A stretch of DNA of 64,000 nt, taken from NCBI GenBank assembly GCA_963796955.1, contig CAWCNJ010000003.1, forward strand, positions 3,472 through 67,471, in the 5' to 3' direction. The stretch's first letter is position 1, and every line of letters begins with the position of its first letter. The stretch is from Endomicrobiales bacterium (GTDB lineage Bacteria; Elusimicrobiota; Endomicrobiia; Endomicrobiales; JALOBY01). The position numbers were made by a program, and so were the translations under genes. The notes under the pieces are model-generated. The model had not been told where the DNA came from. It saw only the letters and a program-made list of their open reading frames with translations, and ran no database searches. Below are positions 1 through 9,485 of this stretch, one piece after another.

Positions 1-1402
1 TGTCTTCAACACGGAGCCACACATAGGGCGTGTCGTTGGCCATACTGTTCCCAGTGCTTATGGTAATTATGCCCTGCTCCGGCGAGGCATCAACGGCATT
101 GTCGCAAAGGTTTATCAGTACTTCTTCTATCTGGGTATGGTTCATGAGGCTATCGCCAAGTTTTTCATCCAGCTCCAGCTGTATTTTTACAAATTTATCC
201 TTTGCGTTCACTTCCAGGATCGGCAAAACACTTTTTACTATAGTGTTCAGGTTGCAGGGGGTCATTTCACTTTTTTCTTCCTTGGAAAATGAAAGGATAC
301 TCGCCATGAAATCTCTGCTGCGTGTTGCCTCCCTTTCAATGATCCTTAAATTCTTTTCGGTGTGAGCCTCAAGGCCGCTATCTCTTAAGAGGGACTGCGC
401 GAATACCAGTATGGTGTTCAACGGGTTCCTTATCTCATGGGCTATGATGCCGGCCAGTTTCCCTAATGATGCCATTTTTTCAGATTTGATATGTTCCATC
501 CATAGCTGCTGTTTCTCTTTTTCCAGCCGGTTATGCGCTATGATCTCTTCGTTCCACTTTAACAGGAAGAACATGGTGAATAGCAGCAATAATATTTCGG
601 CAACAATAAACATGGACAGTACCCGGTGCGACGCCCGGTATAGGTCTCGAATCTCGGCTGACCCTCTCCGGACATCGAGGTATGTTAATACGTTGCCCGC
701 GCTGTCAGGCAGGGGGAAAGCAAAAGCGATCGTGTCGCTCCCGCCCCTGCCCGAAGTGACGACAGCTGCGGTTTTAGACAACAGCATCCCTGTGCCGTTG
801 CCGGCGGCTCTGCTGAGGGATGCAAGATAATGGTCGTCCCAAAGGCAGCCAACGAAATAGTGTCCTACAACTTTATATTTTCTATCCCGGTCAAATGAAT
901 GGTATATACTTACGCCTGTTATTTCCATCAATCCTGAAGGACTGTCGGCAAAAAAATGACAGCAGCCATTGTCAAACCGGATGGTACCGCTTGAAACGAA
1001 CGAGTACATTTGTGCAAGTCTGTTGTCGGCGCAGCTGTTCGCGCTGTAGACAATGTCGGCGCCATGGTAAACCCACAGTGCATTGATATCCAGATTTGCG
1101 ATCGCGGAATTCAGGTTAGTTATTGCCCAATGGTTAGATGGATTGCGGATAAAATCCGCCATTTCGTCTGAGAACATGAACCCATACAGGTAGCTCTTCA
1201 ACAATGCGGTTTTATGAAAGAGGATGTTCTCCACGTCGTTCCGTTGTGACTGGATCATGTAATGGTGGGTCAGCGAAACTTTGTCCTGCTGGGCTCGCCA
1301 CACGTACATGATCCCAACGGTCATCATCGCTGTAATGACCGCCATGCTGATTATAACTTTGGAATACGTGTTGATGGAACGGATGCTGATGTGAAGTGCC
1401 AT
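1..1402 (-). CDS. Membrane sensor histidine kinase (NtrB-like HisKA/HATPase), 3' end runs off the window
   Basis: Manual minus-strand translation from ATG at 1402 (MALHISIRSINTYSKVIISMAVITAMMTVGIMYVW, TM). In-frame H-box GIIAHEIRNPLN at ~440 and N-box IEEVLINLCDNAVDA at ~100-130. Absent from the ORF track because there is no stop inside the window. Confidence 0.85.
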   Translation of the reverse strand, partial: MALHISIRSINTYSKVIISMAVITAMMTVGIMYVWRAQQDKVSLTHHYMIQSQRNDVENILFHKTALLKSYLYGFMFSDEMADFIRNPSNHWAITNLNSAIANLDINALWVYHGADIVYSANSCADNRLAQMYSFVSSGTIRFDNGCCHFFADSPSGLMEITGVSIYHSFDRDRKYKVVGHYFVGCLWDDHYLASLSRAAGNGTGMLLSKTAAVVTSGRGGSDTIAFAFPLPDSAGNVLTYLDVRRGSAEIRDLYRASHRVLSMFIVAEILLLLFTMFFLLKWNEEIIAHNRLEKEKQQLWMEHIKSEKMASLGKLAGIIAHEIRNPLNTILVFAQSLLRDSGLEAHTEKNLRIIEREATRSRDFMASILSFSKEEKSEMTPCNLNTIVKSVLPILEVNAKDKFVKIQLELDEKLGDSLMNHTQIEEVLINLCDNAVDASPEQGIITISTGNSMANDTPYVWLRVED

Positions 1403-1509
1403 ATACTGTTGCCCCCGACGCTTACATGTACACCGTAGTTATATTATATTTCGAATCTTTCCACAATAATAACACTTCAAAATATTTCAAAGTATGATAT
1501 AATCCAGTT

Positions 1510-2268
1510 ATGAAGGAAAACATTATGGAGAATTTTGCCAAAGTTCCAGCGGTAACGCTGCTATTCTGGATCATTAAGATATTTGCCACGACGCTGGGAG
1601 AGACCGGTGGCGATGCGGTGTCTATGTCCATGAACCTGGGATATCTGGTGGGGACCGGCATTTTTGCGGTCATATTTATAGTTGCGGTGCTGATCCAGAT
1701 AAAAGCGCGGCGGTTCCATCCATTCCTTTACTGGACAACTATTATTGCGACCACGACGGTGGGCACCACGCTGGCAGATTTTGCTGATCGTTCGCTCGGT
1801 ATCGGATACGCGGGCGGCACGGCGCTTTTACTTACGTTGCTTGCGGGATCCATCTTTGCCTGGTACCGGACACTCGGTTCAGTATCGGTAGATACCGTAA
1901 GTTCTCCAAAAGCCGAAATATTTTATTGGGTCACCATAATGTTTTCCCAGACACTGGGCACCGCGCTGGGCGATTGGACGGCGGATTCTGCCGGACTTGG
2001 ATATGGCGGCAGCGCTATAGTGTTCGGCTCAATGCTTGCGATAGTAGCGTTAGCCTATTACCGTACAAAAATATCGCGCACTATGCTTTTCTGGTCGGCT
2101 TTTGTTCTTACCCGCCCGCTCGGCGCCGTCGTGGGAGATCTGCTGGATAAACCGATCAAGGCAGGCGGCCTGGCGCTCAGCCGCTATAGCGCAACAGCTG
2201 CCTTGCTGGGTTGTATCGTGTTCTGTATCGTTTTTTTTCCGCAAAAAGCCGCTAAAAGGAACCATTGA
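1510..2268 (+). CDS. COG4705/DUF347-repeat membrane-anchored protein
   Basis: KVPAVTLLFWIIKIFATTLGETGGD start; repeated YW...TTxGT..xD and FW.AFVLTRPLGA motifs; multiple TM helices. Confidence 0.85.
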   Translation: MKENIMENFAKVPAVTLLFWIIKIFATTLGETGGDAVSMSMNLGYLVGTGIFAVIFIVAVLIQIKARRFHPFLYWTTIIATTTVGTTLADFADRSLGIGYAGGTALLLTLLAGSIFAWYRTLGSVSVDTVSSPKAEIFYWVTIMFSQTLGTALGDWTADSAGLGYGGSAIVFGSMLAIVALAYYRTKISRTMLFWSAFVLTRPLGAVVGDLLDKPIKAGGLALSRYSATAALLGCIVFCIVFFPQKAAKRNH

Positions 2269-2282
2269 GATATTTGAAAAAT

Positions 2283-2311
2283 TTGAAACAATTCAATTAG
2301 TTTAGTATAAT
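2283..2311 (+). promoter_or_regulatory. sigma70-type promoter for the tRNA pair
   Basis: TTGAAA (2283)-17 bp-TATAAT (2306), 25 bp before the tRNA. Confidence 0.7.
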
Positions 2312-2335
2312 ACCGAAAGTAAATTGCAGCAAAAC

Positions 2336-2409
2336 GGGCCCTTAGCTCAGTTGGTTAGAGCAATCGACTCATAATCGATTGGTCGTAGGTTCAAGTCCTA
2401 CAGGGCCCA
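2336..2409 (+). tRNA. tRNA with CAT anticodon, most likely tRNA-Ile2 (lysidine)
   Basis: GGGCCCT/AGGGCCC acceptor stem, ATCGA-CTCATAA-TCGAT anticodon arm, GGTTCAAGTCC T-loop; resembles ileX-type tRNAs; CCA not encoded. Confidence 0.9.
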
Positions 2410-2421
2410 AATTTTATTCAA

Positions 2422-2496
2422 GGGCATTTAGCTCAGCGGAAGAGCGTTCGCCTCACACGCGAAAGGTCACAGGTTCAAGCCCTGTAATGCCCACCA
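2422..2496 (+). tRNA. tRNA-Val (CAC)
   Basis: GGGCATT/AATGCCC acceptor, TTCGC-CTCACAC-GCGAA anticodon arm, GGTTCAAGCCC T-loop, encoded CCA. Confidence 0.93.
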
Positions 2497-2519
2497 CTCC
2501 GTTCCTAAAAGGAAACAGG

Positions 2520-3227
2520 ATGAAAGAAGAATTCAAACAGTTGATAGCATTGCAGGATAAAGATAACGCGATAGACGCGACACGCGCTAAGATCAACGCC
2601 ATACCGGCGCTTATTGAAGAACAGGAAGCAAATCTTGCCGCGATAAAGCAGGCCTTTGAACAATCCAAAAAGAACCTTACCCAGCTTACCCTGAAGAAAA
2701 AAGAAAAAGAAATGGAAGTAACCACCGTAGAAGGCGCCATGGCCAAGCATTCAGGAGAACTGAACGCAGTAAAATCCAATGATGCTTACAAGGCCCTTCT
2801 TTCTGAGATAGAAAAAGAAAAGCAAAAGAAATTTTCCGTTGAAGATGAAATACTGGCTATAATGGAAGAAATGGAAAAAGAGTCTGTGACTTTAAAAACC
2901 AACGAGAATGAGGCGAAAGTAAAAGAAGGCGAAGTAGCGAACGTAATAGCCTCTCTCAGGGAACAGCAGAAACAGGGCCTTGAAAAAATCACTGCTATGG
3001 ACGCTGAACGCGCCGAACTAGCCAAACATATAAACGCGAATATCCTTTCAAAATACGATTACATACGCAGTAACCGCGGCGGCTCGGCGCTCGTCGAGAT
3101 AGTAGGCGGTAATTGCGGCGGCTGCCACTTCGAACTGCGCCAGGCCACTATCAATGAAGCCTCCAAGGGCGGCGAATTCGTTTTCTGCGATAGCTGTTCC
3201 CGAATACTCTACAAAAAACCCGAGTAA
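2520..3227 (+). CDS. Coiled-coil protein with C4 zinc ribbon (DUF164/COG1579)
   Basis: LIALQDKD start, long coiled coil, CGGC...CDSC.RILY. Start moved to ATG 2520 because the ORF-track 5' extension overlaps the tRNAs. Confidence 0.9.
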   Translation: MKEEFKQLIALQDKDNAIDATRAKINAIPALIEEQEANLAAIKQAFEQSKKNLTQLTLKKKEKEMEVTTVEGAMAKHSGELNAVKSNDAYKALLSEIEKEKQKKFSVEDEILAIMEEMEKESVTLKTNENEAKVKEGEVANVIASLREQQKQGLEKITAMDAERAELAKHINANILSKYDYIRSNRGGSALVEIVGGNCGGCHFELRQATINEASKGGEFVFCDSCSRILYKKPE

Positions 3228-3239
3228 CACAACACTGCC

Positions 3240-3707
3240 ATGACACAACACCTGATGCTTTATACGGACGGAGGTGCAAGGGGAAACCCCGGCCCTTCCG
3301 GCATAGGCGCCGTACTTTGCGGCGAAGATGGAAAACAAATTGATTCCTGCAAGGAATTCATCGGTACAGCTACTAACAATGAAGCCGAATATAAGGCCCT
3401 GATAGCGGGGCTTCGTATGGCGCAGAAGCACAAACCGATCCGCCTTACCGCTTTTATGGATTCGCTGCTTATCTGCAACCAGATGCTTGGGATATACCGG
3501 GTTAAGCATGAGGGAATGAAGCCGCTGCACAGGGAAGCCGCAGCGCTTGCTATGACGCTGAAAAAAGTTTCTTTCGTTCACATACCGCGCGAAGAGAACT
3601 GCGCCGCAGATAAGCTGGTAAATGAAGCTATAGATGAAGCGCTCATCAATAAAAAACCGTCGAAGAAGCCGGATGTTGTGTCAGGCGGACAAATAGATCT
3701 TTTCTAA
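3240..3707 (+). CDS. rnhA: Ribonuclease HI (archaeal/RVT_3-like)
   Basis: YTDGGARGNPG, TNNEAEY, DS.L, HIPREEN..AD motifs. Confidence 0.92.
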   Translation: MTQHLMLYTDGGARGNPGPSGIGAVLCGEDGKQIDSCKEFIGTATNNEAEYKALIAGLRMAQKHKPIRLTAFMDSLLICNQMLGIYRVKHEGMKPLHREAAALAMTLKKVSFVHIPREENCAADKLVNEAIDEALINKKPSKKPDVVSGGQIDLF

Positions 3708-3725
3708 TAACGATCAAAGTATAAA

Positions 3726-4101
3726 TTGAGGTGGCCGCTGGGTCGCTTCCGCCAAGAAGTTTTGGCGGGAGAGGAAAGTCCGGACTTCACTTTCTCCGCC
3801 GAAGCTTTAGCGCAGGCGGGGAAAAAACGGTAGTGGGCAGTTCCCATCAACCGTAAGGTTAGAGGTGCGAGCAGAGACGCCCGAACCGAAAGGCTAGGGC
3901 GCCCCAAGAGTATCCGGGGCGAGTCCTGTGGCAACACAGGAGTGAAACGGCCAAATCCTTACCGGGATGCAAGGCAATGCGGTTCCAATGTAGCGGAACC
4001 CGGTGTGCCGCTTGAGCGCGCGGAGCAATTCGCGAGCCAGAGAAATGACCCATAGGTCCCGCAAGGGGCTGAAACAGAATTCGGTGTACGAGCCACCTCA
4101 A
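3726..4101 (+). ncRNA. rnpB: RNase P RNA
   Basis: P1 TTGAGGTGGC/GCCACCTCAA; conserved GAGGAAAGTCCGG (3771) and ACAGAATTCGG (P4); GTGAAACGG, GCAAG and AGAGAAATGA conserved segments. Confidence 0.93.
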
Positions 4102-4123
4102 AATTTTAGGATAAAGAGTTGTT

Positions 4124-4489
4124 ATGAGTTCAATTATCATGGTTTTGGTCGGGCTGGTCTCAGGCGTACTGGGCGGCATGCTGGGTATAGGCGGTGGAAT
4201 AATAATAATACCCGCGCTTATATATATATTCGGCATGAGCCAGCAGATGTCGCAGGGCACAACGCTCGCCCTGATGCTGCCGCCGATCGGTGTGCTGGCC
4301 GCCTATGTATACTGGAAGAACGGCTTCGTGAACTGGCAGGCAGCCGGCCTGATCTGTCTGGGTTTTGTGATCGGCGGCTATTTCGGCGCCAAGATCGCGA
4401 TGACCATGCCCACCGGCCTTCTTAAAAAACTCTTCGGTGTATTCCTGTTGATACTATCCCTCCAGATGATCTTCAGCCCCGCGAAATAA
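4124..4489 (+). CDS. Sulfite exporter TauE/SafE family (half-size)
   Basis: GLVSGVLGGMLGIGGGIIIIPAL, QGTTL motif, 4 TM. Confidence 0.88.
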   Translation: MSSIIMVLVGLVSGVLGGMLGIGGGIIIIPALIYIFGMSQQMSQGTTLALMLPPIGVLAAYVYWKNGFVNWQAAGLICLGFVIGGYFGAKIAMTMPTGLLKKLFGVFLLILSLQMIFSPAK

Positions 4490-4513
4490 ATTTTATCGTT
4501 TTTTTTGTGTTGT

Positions 4514-4543
4514 AAGACCTGCTGTTTTTAGCAGGTTTTTTTT
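4514..4543 (+). terminator. Rho-independent terminator
   Basis: ACCTGCT-GTTTTT-AGCAGGT followed by a T run. Confidence 0.8.
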
Positions 4544-4550
4544 ATTGTCC

Positions 4551-4585
4551 ACTATTGCCAGTTGCCTACTGCCTATTGCCTGCCG
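4551..4585. repeat. Degenerate 7-bp tandem repeat (CCTAYTG-like, 5 units)
   Basis: actattg ccagttg cctactg cctattg cctgccg. Confidence 0.55.
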
Positions 4586-4591
4586 TTATCC

Positions 4592-4666
4592 TTGACAAAA
4601 ACACCGCTATGTGGTATAGTGAATGGCGAAGTGGTGCAAAGTGGTGAATGGTGTAGCAGAGTGGAG
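4592..4666 (+). promoter_or_regulatory. dcw promoter with MraZ-binding direct repeats
   Basis: TTGACA (4592)-17 bp-TGnTATAGT (4615); GTGG boxes in 10-bp phase at 4611, 4631, 4641, (4651 GTGT), 4661. Confidence 0.85.
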
Positions 4667-4670
4667 AATT

Positions 4671-5120
4671 ATGAAGACCGCGGCCCCTAACATTTACATC
4701 GGAAAATATTTTCACTCCATCGACGGAAAAAACCGGCTGTTTTTGCCGGCCAATTTCAGGGGAGGAAAAAATGAGGTATTTGTTTGCGCGCAGGGTCTGG
4801 AAGGATGCCTGTATGTCTACGCACGGCACTCCTGGCAGAGGGTTCTTGAAAAGCTGGAGAATATGTCTGTGGCAGATAAGGTTGAGGAACGCGCTTTTAA
4901 GCGTGCTTTTCTGTCTGGCGCATTTGAAGTATCTGCGGATGTTCAGGGGCGGCTGCTGATACCCCAGCATCTGCGCGATTACGCTAAAATTAAAAACGAA
5001 GCCGCAATTATAGGCGTCGGCAGCAGGATAGAAGTGTGGGACCGCAAAGTCTGGGAAGCGTATTATACGGAACAGGCGGATTTTTCGTTCAAGAATATGG
5101 CATCTAAGCTGGAGTTGTAA
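4671..5120 (+). CDS. mraZ: Transcriptional regulator MraZ
   Basis: HSIDGKNRL..PA.FR, GLEGCL, D.QGRLLIP, RIEVW; start at ATG 4671 after the MraZ boxes. Confidence 0.93.
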   Translation: MKTAAPNIYIGKYFHSIDGKNRLFLPANFRGGKNEVFVCAQGLEGCLYVYARHSWQRVLEKLENMSVADKVEERAFKRAFLSGAFEVSADVQGRLLIPQHLRDYAKIKNEAAIIGVGSRIEVWDRKVWEAYYTEQADFSFKNMASKLEL

Positions 5121-5123
5121 CGG

Positions 5124-6014
5124 GTGAGAGAAAATACCGGCGTGTATCATGTTCCTGTAATGACCGCCGAAGTGGAAAGGTATCTTATACATGATGACCA
5201 TGGGACCTATGTTGATTGCACTTTGGGAGGCGCGGGCCATAGCAGCTTCCTGCTTGGCAAGTATCCGCGTATCAAGATCATTGGGCTCGATTGCGACGAG
5301 AACGGTATCGCTGCTGCACAAACGAGGCTAAGCGGTTTTGAGGGGCGTTTTACCATCATTCGCGATAATTTCAAGAATATAAAAGCAGCGTTGCATGCGG
5401 CCGGTGAAAACAAGGTAAGCGGCGTGCTGGCGGACCTGGGGGTATCGTCGAGGCAGCTGGATGACTCGGAACGCGGTTTTAGTTTTATTTCGCCCAACCT
5501 GGACATGCGAATGGACAATAGAGGCGCCCAACAGGCTTACCATATAGTCAATTCACTCGACGGCGAAGCACTTGCCGACCTGTTCTACCAATTTGGCGAT
5601 GAAAGGTTTTCCCGGCGTATTGCTTCCCGGATAGTAAGGGCCCGGGCCGTTAAGCCTATTGAGACCGGTGAAGAGCTGGCGCGGTTAGTCGCCTCGGCCC
5701 GTCCGAGATCAGGTAAGACGCACCCTGCCACGCAGGTATTCCAGGCCTTGCGGATCGCGGTGAACGGGGAACTGGATAATCTTAAAACACTATTGACCGA
5801 CCTGCCTGATGTGCTGCTGCCTAAAGGCCGGGCTGTTATCATGACGTATCATTCTCTGGAAGACCGTATGGTCAAAACAGATTTCAGACAGCGCGCGGCC
5901 GACAATATATACGGGCTGCTCAATAAAAAAGTAGTGATTGCCGGCGAAGATGAATTGCGCGATAATCCCAGAAGCCGCAGCGCGAAGCTGCGTGCGGTAG
6001 AACGCCTTAATTGA
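5124..6014 (+). CDS. rsmH: 16S rRNA m4C1402 methyltransferase
   Basis: HVPVM, DCTLGGAGHS, DLGVSS.QLD...RGFSF, FQALRIAVN.EL, NPRSRSAKLR. Confidence 0.96.
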   Translation: MRENTGVYHVPVMTAEVERYLIHDDHGTYVDCTLGGAGHSSFLLGKYPRIKIIGLDCDENGIAAAQTRLSGFEGRFTIIRDNFKNIKAALHAAGENKVSGVLADLGVSSRQLDDSERGFSFISPNLDMRMDNRGAQQAYHIVNSLDGEALADLFYQFGDERFSRRIASRIVRARAVKPIETGEELARLVASARPRSGKTHPATQVFQALRIAVNGELDNLKTLLTDLPDVLLPKGRAVIMTYHSLEDRMVKTDFRQRAADNIYGLLNKKVVIAGEDELRDNPRSRSAKLRAVERLN

Positions 6015-6017
6015 ACC

Positions 6018-6269
6018 ATGACGAAATATTTCAAGTGGGTAGTTATCGGCGGGGGAGTTCTGGTATTCTACATCTGGCAGCAGACGCAGGCGGTGCGTCT
6101 GGGCTATAAGGTGGAGGCGCTGCAGCGCGAGTGCGACCGCTGGGCGCAGGCTAACCGCGGTTTGCGATTAAGGGCCAACAAATTGATCTCTCTGGACCGG
6201 CTGGATAAAACGGCGCAGGAAAGAAAACTGTTACCGCCCGACGAAAAAAATATCGTGTATCTGGAATAA
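6018..6269 (+). CDS. ftsL: Cell division protein FtsL-like
   Basis: Short, single TM plus coiled coil, between rsmH and ftsI. Confidence 0.75.
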   Translation: MTKYFKWVVIGGGVLVFYIWQQTQAVRLGYKVEALQRECDRWAQANRGLRLRANKLISLDRLDKTAQERKLLPPDEKNIVYLE

Positions 6270-6275
6270 CTATCG

Positions 6276-7970
6276 ATGATGCTTAACCGTACCCGCATTT
6301 TCATATTGTTCTTCGGTTGCGCCGCGGCCTTGTGTTTCGTCGCGGTGCGGCTGTTTTGTATTCAGGTTTGGTGCCACGAAGAACTGAACGCGAAGGTACA
6401 GCGGCTGGTAGTAAGGGAACGGCCGGAGCAGCCTATGCGCGGCATGATAACCGACCGCCAGGGCAGGGTGCTGGCTATGAGCCTGAAAAAATATAATGTT
6501 TTCGTAGATCCTTCCTGCCTGGAAGACGCGAACAAAGCAGCCTTGGAGCTGAACGGGGTCGGTGTTCATTTTGACCCGGCTGCCATCGCGGGAAGACGTA
6601 ATTCCTGTTACGTGGCGCTCGGGCAGCAGGTTTCATACGAGGGCATGCAAAAGATCAAAGAACAGAAGATCGCCGGCATAGGTTTTGAACCGGCTTTTGA
6701 GAGGCAGTACCCGGAAGGTACTATGGCCGCCCAGGTGCTGGGTGTTGTAGGCAAAGACGGCGCGGGGCTGGAAGGTATAGAAAAAACCGCTAACGCCCTG
6801 TTGAGCGGCAAAGAGATCACCGAACTGCGCTATCGCGACGGAAGAGGAAGGGAAGTGGCCGATCGCGTAGTGGACCCGGAAAAACTTCAGGGCGCTGATG
6901 TCGCGCTGACCATTGACCGCAACCTGCAATTCGTCGCCGAACAGGAAATAGAGAAAGCCTGGAAAGAATCGGGCTCGAAAAAAGGGATAGCCATAATCCA
7001 GGACAGCCAGACGGGGGAAATACTGGCGATGGCCTCCCGCCCGGCCTTTGACCCGGCGAAGCTGGATTCACATACCGAAACGCTTTCAAACCCGGCGATC
7101 AGTTATACGGTTGAACCGGGATCAACTTTTAAATTCGTCATGGCCGCCGCGGCCCTCTCTGAAAATATTGTGAAGCGCAGCGAGCCGATCTGGTGCGAGA
7201 ACGGTGCCTATAAGATATATGACCATACTATCAAGGACCACGAAAAGAAAGGTATGCTGACCTTTGATCAGGTACTGGATTATTCATCCAACATCGGCGC
7301 CGCCAAAATAGGCCAGCGTCTTGGGAAAGAAAAACTCTATACCTGGGCAAGGCAGTTCGGCTTTTACAGCAAAACCGGCGTGGACCTGCCCGGTGAAGAG
7401 CGCGGCCTGCTGAAAAAGCCGGCAGATTGGAGCGGCCTGTCGTTGCCGATCATCTCGTTCGGCCAGGAAATTGGCGCTACGCCCATGCAGGTGGTTAACG
7501 CCTATACAGCGATGGTGAACGGCGGCTATTTGCTGGAACCAAAAGTTATCCTCAAGGTGCGCTGTCCCGACGGAAAAACTCTTGACCAGGCCCAGCGGCA
7601 GGTGATACGGCGGGTGGTTTCCACCGAGACCTCTGAGCAGTTGAAGAACATGATGATCGGGGTCGTGGAACAGGGCACGGGACAGATGGCAAAAGTCCCC
7701 GGCTATTCGGTCGGCGGAAAAACAGGAACGGCCCAGAAACGTGATCCGCTGACGAAAAAATATTCCAGCAGCTGTTACGTCGCTTCTTTTTGCGGTGCTA
7801 TTCCCATGAATAAGCCCCGGCTGACCATATTTGTGATGCTGGATGAACCGAAGGGCGACTATTACGCGGCTTCCCGGGCGGCCCCGGTATTTGGGAAGAT
7901 CGCTTCCCGGGCGATGCGTTATCTGCAGATAGCGCCGGATCAGGTGCCTATGCAGCTGGCACGGAGATAA
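6276..7970 (+). CDS. ftsI: Class B penicillin-binding protein (PBP3/FtsI)
   Basis: RG.I.DR.G, EPGSTFK (SxxK), SSN (SxN), KTGTAQK. Confidence 0.93.
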   Translation: MMLNRTRIFILFFGCAAALCFVAVRLFCIQVWCHEELNAKVQRLVVRERPEQPMRGMITDRQGRVLAMSLKKYNVFVDPSCLEDANKAALELNGVGVHFDPAAIAGRRNSCYVALGQQVSYEGMQKIKEQKIAGIGFEPAFERQYPEGTMAAQVLGVVGKDGAGLEGIEKTANALLSGKEITELRYRDGRGREVADRVVDPEKLQGADVALTIDRNLQFVAEQEIEKAWKESGSKKGIAIIQDSQTGEILAMASRPAFDPAKLDSHTETLSNPAISYTVEPGSTFKFVMAAAALSENIVKRSEPIWCENGAYKIYDHTIKDHEKKGMLTFDQVLDYSSNIGAAKIGQRLGKEKLYTWARQFGFYSKTGVDLPGEERGLLKKPADWSGLSLPIISFGQEIGATPMQVVNAYTAMVNGGYLLEPKVILKVRCPDGKTLDQAQRQVIRRVVSTETSEQLKNMMIGVVEQGTGQMAKVPGYSVGGKTGTAQKRDPLTKKYSSSCYVASFCGAIPMNKPRLTIFVMLDEPKGDYYAASRAAPVFGKIASRAMRYLQIAPDQVPMQLARR

Positions 7971-7971
7971 T

Positions 7972-9474
7972 ATGACAACAATTATGAAATTAAATGAAAT
8001 ACTATCAGGCGTTGCCTGCGAGGTGCACGGTGTCATGGACATGGCCGTGAAGGGTATTGCCTACGATTCAAGGAACGTTAAGCAGGGATATGTTTTTATA
8101 GCGCTGCCCGGCGCGCATGTCGACGGAAGGTCTTTTGCCGGTACGGCTATAGAGGCCGGCTCTGAAGTGATAGTAACGGATACAAAACTTGATCTTCCGG
8201 CAGGTATTACGCTGGTGCTGGTGCCTGATATCCTTGGGGCTATGGCGAAGATGTCCGCGAATTTTTACGATCACCCTGACAAAAAAATGATGATGGTGGG
8301 TATAACGGGGACGAACGGGAAAACCACGATCACCTATCTTGTTGAATCAATATTCACGCTGGCAAAGTTACCCACAGGAGTTGTGGGTACTGTGAATTAC
8401 CGGTACGCCGGTCTTGAGTTCGCCTCCGCCAATACAACGCCGCAATCGGCGGAACTTTACCGGATACTCAATGAGATGGTAAAGACCAGGCAAGCCGCGG
8501 CGGTGATGGAGGTCTCTTCTCACGCGCTGTCCCTTAACCGCGTCGGAGGAATGGAATTTGATATTGCAGTCTTCACGAACCTTACCCGCGATCATCTGGA
8601 TTTTCATAAGGACATGGAGCACTACTACGAAGCAAAACAGCTGTTGTTCTCCGGCCTGCAGCCGGGGCAGAAGGGTTTTGCCAAGCACGCCGTGATAAAC
8701 GTCGACGACGAATGGGGACGAAAACTGGCCGCTTCAGACATTAACGGCACCTTGATAACCTACGGAATAAATGAACCGGCCGATATAACGGCTGAGAATA
8801 TCAAGATGGATCACCGCGGCACGGAATTCACGATCGTTTGTTCCCAGGGCCGAAGGCGTGTCAGCATGCGCCATCTTGGGCAGTATAATGTGTACAACGC
8901 GTTAGCCGCCGCGGGCGCTGCGCTGGCGGCGGGCATACCGCTTGAAACTGTAGTGCAGGGTTTATCGAACGCGCCGTTGGTACCCGGGCGCCTTGAAAAG
9001 GTTGATGACGGACAGCCGTTCGCCGTGGTCGTGGATTACGCCCATACCGACGATGCCTTGAGCAACGCGCTGAAAGCGCTGAACGAATTGAAGACCGGCC
9101 GGCTGATAACCGTTTTTGGCTGCGGGGGGGACCGCGACCGTTCCAAGCGGCCGATCATGGGCGAAATAGCGACGGCGATGAGCGACTACGTGTTCGTCAC
9201 GAGCGATAACCCCCGCACGGAAGAACCTGAAAAAATAGCGTTGGACATAGAGGTTGGCATACGCCGGCAGCACCGCACTAATTATCAGGTATTGCTGAAC
9301 CGCGAAGAAGCGATAGCGGCCGCTGTTGCAATGGCCCATAAAGGTGATATACTGTTGCTGGCGGGCAAGGGCCACGAAACCTACCAGATAATCGGTAATG
9401 AGAAGATACACTTCAACGACGCGGAAATCGCCGTGAAATATATTCGCCAGTATCACGCCAGCGATAAAAAGTGA
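7972..9474 (+). CDS. murE: UDP-MurNAc-dipeptide--meso-DAP ligase
   Basis: GITGTNGKTT, MEVSSH, DHLDFH, DYAHT, DNPR (DAP specificity), GKGHE. Confidence 0.96.
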   Translation: MTTIMKLNEILSGVACEVHGVMDMAVKGIAYDSRNVKQGYVFIALPGAHVDGRSFAGTAIEAGSEVIVTDTKLDLPAGITLVLVPDILGAMAKMSANFYDHPDKKMMMVGITGTNGKTTITYLVESIFTLAKLPTGVVGTVNYRYAGLEFASANTTPQSAELYRILNEMVKTRQAAAVMEVSSHALSLNRVGGMEFDIAVFTNLTRDHLDFHKDMEHYYEAKQLLFSGLQPGQKGFAKHAVINVDDEWGRKLAASDINGTLITYGINEPADITAENIKMDHRGTEFTIVCSQGRRRVSMRHLGQYNVYNALAAAGAALAAGIPLETVVQGLSNAPLVPGRLEKVDDGQPFAVVVDYAHTDDALSNALKALNELKTGRLITVFGCGGDRDRSKRPIMGEIATAMSDYVFVTSDNPRTEEPEKIALDIEVGIRRQHRTNYQVLLNREEAIAAAVAMAHKGDILLLAGKGHETYQIIGNEKIHFNDAEIAVKYIRQYHASDKK

Positions 9475-9485
9475 CGGTCTGAAAT

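Noticed and set aside
30-1086. Plus-strand ORFs 30-365, 411-830, 820-1086
   Set aside because: Antisense shadows of the minus-strand histidine kinase (1402 to <1)
2336-2496. tRNAs as an integration site for the island
   Set aside because: No integrase, and I noticed no duplicated tRNA 3' end elsewhere in the window
2379-2519. N-terminal extension of the zinc-ribbon ORF
   Set aside because: Overlaps two tRNA genes; ATG 2520 is the plausible start
2520-4101. Zinc ribbon-RNase HI-rnpB arrangement as a novel system
   Set aside because: This neighbourhood is already known to be widely conserved
3704-4425. ORFs overlapping rnpB (3704-3937, 3859-4260, 4003-4425)
   Set aside because: Explained by the RNase P RNA and the TauE gene
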